A stretch of 20,000 nucleotides of DNA. It comes from an uncultured virus (IMG/VR IMGVR_UViG_3300030104_003133) (taxonomy: Duplodnaviria; Heunggongvirae; Uroviricota; Caudoviricetes). The notes under the pieces were generated by a model. It was not told where the DNA came from. It did not search any database and saw only the letters and a list, made by a program, of their open reading frames with translations. Every line of letters begins with the position of its first letter. Within the stretch, counting starts at the first letter, position 1. The stretch lies in the IMG/VR virus record IMGVR_UViG_3300030104_003133. The stretch is one strand, 5' to 3'. Shown piece after piece: positions 1 through 5,565 of the stretch. The position numbers and the translations under genes are program-made.

Positions 1-2
1 AA

Positions 3-89
3 CAGTTTCCTACAAAGTATTACTTCAAGACCTGTCAGCATTGTAGTTTTATGCCTATATGCGATGCAGCACAATCCGAGGCATGGTGA
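3..89 (+). CDS. C-terminal fragment of a Cas4-like / PD-(D/E)XK nuclease with Fe-S cysteines (5'-truncated by window)
   Basis: Frame 3 reads QFPTKYYFKTCQHCSFMPICDAAQSEAW*. The terminal CxxCxFxxxC pattern is typical of Cas4/AddB-like nucleases. Only 28 codons are visible. Confidence 0.6.
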   Translation, partial: QFPTKYYFKTCQHCSFMPICDAAQSEAW

Positions 90-93
90 TAAT

Positions 94-453
94 ATGTTAA
101 GTGAAAAGATAAAAGAATATTTGAGAGATAAAACTTGGAGTTTTAATGAGATAACAAACATAACGGAAGTTATAGATGAGTTAGCAGATACAACCTATGG
201 TGACTTAGATGCAAAATCTAAAGTTGATTTACTATGGGACGTTAATATAGAAGAGGGACTAACCTTTGGTCAATTTTTTCAGGGGTTAGTTAAGAAAACA
301 CTAAAATCAGAAATAGCAATAATAGTGAAAGCAGAATTAGATTCTGCTATAATAGAATTTAAGGTGAATAAAAATGAAGTTTCCGAGAGAAGTGTGGGCG
401 GGGAGTCACATAAAGAACGCTCCACAGATGAAAAGACTAAAGATAAACAATAA
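94..453 (+). CDS. Hypothetical protein (119 aa)
   Basis: The ORF track starts at 64, but ATG 94 follows GGTGAT (85-90) and the upstream stop (87-89), so it is the likelier start. No recognisable motif. Overlaps the primase by 80 nt. Confidence 0.7.
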   Translation: MLSEKIKEYLRDKTWSFNEITNITEVIDELADTTYGDLDAKSKVDLLWDVNIEEGLTFGQFFQGLVKKTLKSEIAIIVKAELDSAIIEFKVNKNEVSERSVGGESHKERSTDEKTKDKQ

Positions 454-1369
454 AGATGAATTCGTAGTATGGGTTAATGCCTTTAATGGTAAGATGAATT
501 GCTATACATCTGTATATGATTTTGGTAAATATGCTGAAGATGCAGCCATTGATTCTACTTGTATCAAAGACAGAATGTTTTTAGATTTTGATGCACACGA
601 TGAGCCATTAGAAAATGCCTACTACGATTGTATTAGAGTATGTGATGTTTTATTAGAACAAGATGTATTCTTCAATATGTATTTTAGTGGTAAGGGTTTT
701 CATATGATAGTTTATGGAGAACAGGCTGATGATATCAGAAGCATTCAGTCGTATTTCACCACGCTTACTCCTATTGCTCCGACTTTGGATAGGAGTGGAA
801 TTCAAGTTAAGAGGCTTCGTAGGATTCCTAACACAGTTAATCTTAGTAGCGAAGGCCCGTACTTCTGTATTCCTATCACAAGAGAAGATTTAGATTCAGG
901 TCTAGACTCAATACTTGAAAAGGCAATGAAGGGTAATCACCCTCAAGTTAGGTATGGAAGTAAGTTAGTTCAATGGCCGAAAGTAAAGCCGATAGAAATG
1001 AGTGACATTGAAATCAATGCACCCAAACCTGTTGGTGAGTTACCAATACTACCATGTTTACACAATGCAATTATGGTAGAGAACCCCGGACATTATGCAA
1101 GAGTGTATCTAACACAATGGTATAGAGATATACTTACGATGAGAGAAAGACACATTAGCGAAGAAAAGAAAGCGGAAGTGATGGAGATAATAATAAATGA
1201 ATTCAAAGCAATAGCAGACAAAGAAGACATATGGTTAGATTGGGATGAAAAGACCACTAGGCATCATGTCAAGTTTGTAGTTGATGGTGGGTATCATGCT
1301 CCTAGTTGTAAAGACAAATTGATTCCGCAGGGTTATTGTCCCGGTAAGTGTTGGAGGTATTGCGAGTGA
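374..1369 (+). CDS. Archaeo-eukaryotic primase: fused PriS catalytic domain plus PriL C-terminal Fe-S domain
   Basis: AEP motifs FLDFD (DxD), FSGKGFH and RLRRIPNTVN, then a Pro-rich linker, then PriL-CTD-like LPCLHNAI, GHYARVYL and GYHAPSCKDKLIPQGYCPGKC. SD GGTGA at 363-367. Confidence 0.9.
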   Translation: MKFPREVWAGSHIKNAPQMKRLKINNKDEFVVWVNAFNGKMNCYTSVYDFGKYAEDAAIDSTCIKDRMFLDFDAHDEPLENAYYDCIRVCDVLLEQDVFFNMYFSGKGFHMIVYGEQADDIRSIQSYFTTLTPIAPTLDRSGIQVKRLRRIPNTVNLSSEGPYFCIPITREDLDSGLDSILEKAMKGNHPQVRYGSKLVQWPKVKPIEMSDIEINAPKPVGELPILPCLHNAIMVENPGHYARVYLTQWYRDILTMRERHISEEKKAEVMEIIINEFKAIADKEDIWLDWDEKTTRHHVKFVVDGGYHAPSCKDKLIPQGYCPGKCWRYCE

Positions 1370-1500
1370 TATGCGAGCCATTAGAACATGAATGGGAAGT
1401 AGAAGAAGTATCTGGTAATAAAGATATATACAAAGGAATAGTGATGAAATTGAGATGTAAGAAATGTAATGCATATTTGAAAGGAGAGATAATAACATGA
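1366..1500 (+). CDS. Small putative Zn-binding protein (44 aa), not in ORF track
   Basis: GTG start overlaps the primase stop (GTGA), with SD GGAGGT at 1353-1358. Translation MICEPLEHEWEVEEVSGNKDIYKGIVMKLRCKKCNAYLKGEIIT has Cx4HxW...CxxC. Confidence 0.75.
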   Translation: MICEPLEHEWEVEEVSGNKDIYKGIVMKLRCKKCNAYLKGEIIT

Positions 1501-1595
1501 TTGATGCACATGATATAATGTATTTAGCAAGGCTAATGTTTTATCTATCTATAACGGCATATATTACAAACGAGTTATTGTTGGTGGTACTATGA
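1497..1595 (+). CDS. Hydrophobic microprotein (32 aa), not in ORF track
   Basis: MIDAHDIMYLARLMFYLSITAYITNELLLVVL. ATGA overlaps at both ends exactly fill the gap, and GGAG lies at 1483-1486. Confidence 0.6.
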   Translation: MIDAHDIMYLARLMFYLSITAYITNELLLVVL

Positions 1596-2272
1596 ATAAG
1601 TTGATAATAGACAGTAGAGAAAAGTCTAATCTATCTGAGTTCATCATTTCAGAAGCAAGTAGAATGAATATACTTACTGAGAAACAATGGATAGAGATAG
1701 GCGATTATGTTTATCAAGATGTATGTTTTGAAGCAAAATCTACTATTGATTTCCTACAATCTGTATTCAATGGAAGGTTGTGGAATCAAGTAGATAACAT
1801 GGATAGACACTATGAATATAGTATAGTAATAATACACGGTTCGTTACATCAGGTTATGGCATATCCAAAGTATGTTAATATGCAGATAAACGAACAATTA
1901 CTGAAACACAAATTCTATGGTGCAATTGGTAGACTTACATTAGATACTGATTGTAAAGTGTTTTGGGTAGAAAGCCCTCAGAAGGCAGCCAAGATAATTA
2001 CAACAATATGCAAGATGAGGCCAGTCAAAAGAAGTGTGATTCAACCAACGTTGTTGAAGAGAATTACAACTGATGACTTGAGATTAGATATGCTATGTAC
2101 CATCAAGGGAGTTAGTAAATCTAAAGCAAAGAAAATTATAGAAAAGTATGGTTCTGTTATGGAAGTAGGAGAATCAAATGTAAATGAGTTATCCTCTATT
2201 GATGGCATAGGCCCAACGATAGCAAAGAGGATAATAGACACACTAAATAGTGAAGAGAAAGTGGTAGTATGA
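1592..2272 (+). CDS. ERCC4/XPF-family structure-specific nuclease with C-terminal HhH motifs
   Basis: IIDSRE, IGDYV and FEAKSTIDFLQSVFNGRLWNQ (ERKx3D-like), followed by HhH motifs IKGVSKSKAKKI and IDGIGPTIAKRI. Confidence 0.92.
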   Translation: MNKLIIDSREKSNLSEFIISEASRMNILTEKQWIEIGDYVYQDVCFEAKSTIDFLQSVFNGRLWNQVDNMDRHYEYSIVIIHGSLHQVMAYPKYVNMQINEQLLKHKFYGAIGRLTLDTDCKVFWVESPQKAAKIITTICKMRPVKRSVIQPTLLKRITTDDLRLDMLCTIKGVSKSKAKKIIEKYGSVMEVGESNVNELSSIDGIGPTIAKRIIDTLNSEEKVVV

Positions 2273-3750
2273 ATTGGAGTGAAACTAATTATAATGAATA
2301 TGAAGACGAACTGTATTACAGTTTCGTAGATGATAATACAACGACAGAAAGCAATAAATTGACATTGCCAAAGATTGTAGAAAAGTGGACTGCTGATGCG
2401 GTGTTGGCATCTAATTACAACGATGTACCCGCAGCGTTAGCGTTCTTTTCTGTATTAGGTCAATTGTGTAAAGATATGATTGCTATCCCTAGTAACTTGA
2501 ATGTTGATGATACTCGCATTCAGTTCCTTTGGATGCAAACATCAGGAACAGGAAAGTCAACATTGACTAATTGGTTCCTACCAGTATTGAGATTAACATT
2601 CGATACTATCAATGAAAAGCATGGTACTCATTTTGATATCTTTGATATTACAGATTATACCGACGCTGCGTTGATTGGTTCTTATGAGAAGAGAAGAGAA
2701 GAAGTAGAAGATGATAACGGACAAATGAGAAGGATGGAAATTGATGTTCAAGTTCCCGGCCAGTTAGAAGGTGAAGGAATGGCTATGTGGGATGAGTTTG
2801 AGTATTCAGGTATATTCAAGCAAAGCCAACATAAAGAACAAGCAATCGTATATCTAAATACATTCATGAATACTCTATGGGGAGAAACATGGGTTATCAG
2901 TAAGAAACTAAAACAGGGAGAAGACCCTATCATTTGTAAGTGTAGGCGTTCTGTATATGCTACTACATATATCCCAAAGGAATTGACTACTGTAATTACT
3001 GAGAAAGGTGTACTTCAAAGGATTCTGATATTTATCTATGAAGTACCCCAACATCAGCAGAAGCAAATGAGAAGACAGTTAATCAAAGATTGGGGAGTTG
3101 TTGGTAATAGAGCATTACCTAAAACAACTTACGCCAAAAACTTCTTGACACTATATGATACTCTAAAAGAAAGATTTGATGATGTAGGTCAAGACCCTCT
3201 AAAGACTATGAGGTTCAGTAAGAATGCAAATGACGCTTTAGAGAGAGAATGTGTATTAATGGAGAAATACATTGAAAGCAGTAGAATAGAAGTGTTTCAA
3301 TCTGTTGAAACTTTCATTAACAGAATGCTTAAACATATTCAAAAGATGGCTATATTGTGTGCAGTAGCAGAAGCCCCAAGTATATCTGATAAAGATAAAA
3401 GGTTCATTGTTACGCAAAAAAATGTACTTCAAGCATCCTCTCTAATTAGGAAGTGCTATAAGTCCCTCGTATCTTGGCTTGATGAAAGCCTACGGGAAGA
3501 GAAGAAGGGTCTGGAAGAAAGAGCCAATATAAGTGTCTTTAAAACGGTTTATCGTGAATTGAAAACTAAAGACGGATGGGTTAACAAGAACGTTCTATTC
3601 CAAAAGGTTAGAGAGAAGACAAAGAAAGGACAATCAACACTATACAAATGGTGGGGCAAGATTGAAGAATATTTTGAAGAAGATAAAATAAACAGAGTAG
3701 TTTATGTAAAATTATTGGAGGACAACAAAAATGACAAAGTGGGAGAATAA
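2269..3750 (+). CDS. MCM-like AAA+ ATPase, putative replicative helicase (also resembles DUF3987)
   Basis: Walker A QTSGTGKS, TDAALIGS...PGQL (helix-2-insert region), Walker B MWDEFE, Arg-finger-like GVLQR, sensor-II-like NRMLKHIQKMA and a probable C-terminal winged helix. Confidence 0.72.
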   Translation: MNWSETNYNEYEDELYYSFVDDNTTTESNKLTLPKIVEKWTADAVLASNYNDVPAALAFFSVLGQLCKDMIAIPSNLNVDDTRIQFLWMQTSGTGKSTLTNWFLPVLRLTFDTINEKHGTHFDIFDITDYTDAALIGSYEKRREEVEDDNGQMRRMEIDVQVPGQLEGEGMAMWDEFEYSGIFKQSQHKEQAIVYLNTFMNTLWGETWVISKKLKQGEDPIICKCRRSVYATTYIPKELTTVITEKGVLQRILIFIYEVPQHQQKQMRRQLIKDWGVVGNRALPKTTYAKNFLTLYDTLKERFDDVGQDPLKTMRFSKNANDALERECVLMEKYIESSRIEVFQSVETFINRMLKHIQKMAILCAVAEAPSISDKDKRFIVTQKNVLQASSLIRKCYKSLVSWLDESLREEKKGLEERANISVFKTVYRELKTKDGWVNKNVLFQKVREKTKKGQSTLYKWWGKIEEYFEEDKINRVVYVKLLEDNKNDKVGE

Positions 3751-3964
3751 ATTTATGGTGTTCGATGCGGCCAATGGCCCTAAGAACGTGATAGATAACC
3801 TAAATACAGAAGGAGAGCAAGGTTGGGAGTTATGTTCAATTGTATCTGTTGGTGGAGGCGACCATATGATTGCCTTCCTAAAGAGAGCAAAGGACATTAA
3901 AATGCCTGACCCTGAAGAAGATAAGAAAGCAAATATCGCTAGACTGTGGGGAGGCGGAGAGTGA
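3731..3964 (+). CDS. DUF4177-like small protein
   Basis: KWENK...LNTEGEQGWELCSI...AFLKR matches the DUF4177 pattern. SD GGAGG at 3717-3721. Confidence 0.75.
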   Translation: MTKWENKFMVFDAANGPKNVIDNLNTEGEQGWELCSIVSVGGGDHMIAFLKRAKDIKMPDPEEDKKANIARLWGGGE

Positions 3965-4056
3965 TGGATAAAATTACTAAGCGTTTGATGAAAATGTATG
4001 GTATAAGCCGTTGGTCTTTTCTATGGCGTGGTAAAGACGATGATTTTGCGGAGTGA
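3964..4056 (+). CDS. Microprotein (30 aa), not in ORF track
   Basis: MDKITKRLMKMYGISRWSFLWRGKDDDFAE. TGATG overlap with the upstream gene, GGAGG/GGAG upstream, and it fills the gap to the exonuclease. Confidence 0.5.
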   Translation: MDKITKRLMKMYGISRWSFLWRGKDDDFAE

Positions 4057-4061
4057 AATGT

Positions 4062-4658
4062 ATGTCTGATGTATTAGCAATAGATTTGGAAACTAAGAAT
4101 TACTCCTATGATATAGGAGGATGGGGTAATACCCATATGTTTCAAGTATCTACTGTATGCACATGGGATGGGGATAAAGGAACAATATACATTGATAAAG
4201 CAGTAGATGAATTGAAGAAGTCTAATGTGGAAGTCAAGCCTATATCCCAATTGAAGTTTGACTTAGATGACCATTTGCAGAAAGGGGGTCTGCTTCTTGG
4301 TCACAACATTGCAGGTTTTGATTTACCTGTTTTGAGAGATTCACTAGATATATTCTGTATTCAGAAGTATATCAACAAGAGAGCCTATATTGACACAAGC
4401 CGTGAAGTAAGTAGTGTTATGGGGGAAAGGTATAGTCTGAATAATCTAGTGACACATACTTTAGAAGATGCTAAGATAATGCATAGCGAAGATGCACCTA
4501 AAGTTTGGAAGGCAGGTGGCTACACAGAAGTAGCAGAATACTGTTTGAAGGACTGCGAATTAGTGTTTGACTTGTGGAAGTATGGAATAGATAACGGAGT
4601 TGTAAAAGGCTTCGATATGAAAGAAGAAGAAATGAAAGAGATTGAGGTGAACTGGTGA
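4062..4658 (+). CDS. DEDD-family (RNase H-fold) 3'-5' exonuclease, YprB/RNase_H_2-like
   Basis: ExoI AIDLET, ExoII GHNIAGFDLPVL and ExoIII YCLKDC. ATG 4062 is preferred (GGAGTGA upstream); GTG 4053 is an alternative start. Confidence 0.88.
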   Translation: MSDVLAIDLETKNYSYDIGGWGNTHMFQVSTVCTWDGDKGTIYIDKAVDELKKSNVEVKPISQLKFDLDDHLQKGGLLLGHNIAGFDLPVLRDSLDIFCIQKYINKRAYIDTSREVSSVMGERYSLNNLVTHTLEDAKIMHSEDAPKVWKAGGYTEVAEYCLKDCELVFDLWKYGIDNGVVKGFDMKEEEMKEIEVNW

Positions 4659-4825
4659 GTACAATAGAATGGATATTATGGATAATGTTTCTAATGGCAG
4701 TATGTCTGTTATTCTTTGCAGCGTTTAGTGGAGATAGAGTTTCCAACCAAACGATTGAAGAATACATGGATAATCTAATGGCAGAAGAACAACAAGACTG
4801 GGGCGGAAATAATCGTGGCTCTTAG
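4655..4825 (+). CDS. Small single-pass membrane protein (56 aa), not in ORF track
   Basis: GTGA overlap and SD GAGGTGA at 4644-4650. MSTIEWILWIMFLMAVCLLFFAAFSGDRVSNQTIEEYMDNLMAEEQQDWGGNNRGS has an N-terminal hydrophobic helix and an acidic tail. Confidence 0.8.
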   Translation: MSTIEWILWIMFLMAVCLLFFAAFSGDRVSNQTIEEYMDNLMAEEQQDWGGNNRGS

Positions 4826-5003
4826 AGAAACGTGTTCCGCTTGCGGGCAAGATACGATACCTAGAAGAATTCTAGGTTTTTATGTAGGTTCTCCGCAAAG
4901 GGTCAAGATTTGGGAATGTAGAGAGTGTAACTTTCTATGGTCTGAAAAGGTCTTGCCCTTTGTGGAGGCCAACTCTAAAAAATTTGGCAAAATGCAAAAT
5001 TGA
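4815..5003 (+). CDS. Zn-ribbon protein (62 aa)
   Basis: CSAC...WECRECNFLW: two CxxC pairs ending in CxxCxxxW, typical of archaeal/viral Zn ribbons. Confidence 0.78.
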   Translation: MALRETCSACGQDTIPRRILGFYVGSPQRVKIWECRECNFLWSEKVLPFVEANSKKFGKMQN

Positions 5004-5272
5004 CAAATTACGTTTTTATTTTAGGCTAAAAAACGGATTTGGCTCAAATTAATTTATTCATGGGTTTTTGACCCACTACAAATAATGAAACATTCGATTC
5101 TAGGCTACTAGAGTGTGTTCTACGGGCGTTCTTTTCGTCTGATGTTAATCAGTCCCGCAGGACAAACAAATGCCCTGTATCGCAACCGTGAAGTCTAACT
5201 TTTTAGACCAGACTTTTCCGCACTTCAAATACTCTCAGTCCAGCAGTTTACGCTAATTAACAGTAACTTATT
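5004..5272. other. Convergent intergenic region rich in short inverted repeats
   Basis: No ORF of note. Stems include TGGGT/ACCCA (5061-5075), TCTAG/CTAGA (5099-5112), CTGAT/ATCAG (5139-5152), GTCC/GGAC (5152-5163), GGGCGTT/AATGCCC (5124-5175) and GTCTAA/TTAGAC (5193-5208). Confidence 0.6.
5011..5035. terminator. Candidate bidirectional oligo-T terminator / imperfect palindrome
   Basis: CGTTTTTATTTTAG-G-CTAAAAAACG begins 8 nt after the last + strand stop. It gives T-tracts on both strands between convergent modules. Confidence 0.45.
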
Positions 5273-5551
5273 TTAAGGTCTAAGATTATAAGTTCCTACA
5301 TCTTTAACAAAAGATGGTTTATCAGGTAATTTACTTCCTAAACTCAATGGGGTGTCAATTGTTTCAGGCCAATCTCTTAATTCTTGTCTGTACCTTACTA
5401 CTTCCTCTTTCTCTTCTTCTGTATATTGTTCCCATAAGTCCGGTAATACATATTTATCAGAATCCCTCAATAATGCATTCCTTACTCTTCTCATCTTATT
5501 CCATAGAACTTCCATGCTATCCGTTATGTTGTTAAAGTCATCATCTGCCAT
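5273..5551 (-). CDS. Tail fibre assembly chaperone
   Basis: W...RRVRNALLRDSD...LPD...YRQELRDWP...PDKP pattern of phage tail-assembly chaperones, directly downstream of the fibre gene. SD GGAGAGGTGA lies 4 nt upstream of the ATG. Confidence 0.88.
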   Translation of the reverse strand: MADDDFNNITDSMEVLWNKMRRVRNALLRDSDKYVLPDLWEQYTEEEKEEVVRYRQELRDWPETIDTPLSLGSKLPDKPSFVKDVGTYNLRP

Positions 5552-5555
5552 TTAA

Positions 5556-5565
5556 TCACCTCTCC
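5556..5565 (-). promoter_or_regulatory. Shine-Dalgarno site GGAGAGGTGA incorporating the fibre stop codon
   Basis: The minus strand reads GGAGAGGTGA-TTAA-ATG. Related motifs occur at 85-90, 363-367, 1353-1358, 3717-3721 and 4644-4650. Confidence 0.7.

Noticed and set aside
1235..4767. Minus-strand ORFs 1235-1498, 1302-1511, 2041-2241, 2748-2933, 3712-3897 and 4498-4767
   Set aside because: They are antisense to well-supported + strand genes or to coupled microproteins with SD sites.
5121..5180. Hammerhead ribozyme-like look (+ strand CTGATG..GTCC-CGCA-GGAC-AAAC; - strand GTC..CTGATTAA..GAAA)
   Set aside because: The core does not fit. The + strand lacks CUGANGA and the G of GAAA. The - strand lacks G8 and stem II, and the cleavage triplet would be NUG.
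5004..5272. tRNA gene in the intergenic gap
   Set aside because: No cloverleaf with a T-loop GTTCRA in a proper stem context was found by eye on either strand.
5314..5555. + strand ORFs 5314-5535 and 5352-5555
   Set aside because: Antisense to the tail chaperone gene, which has clear family motifs.
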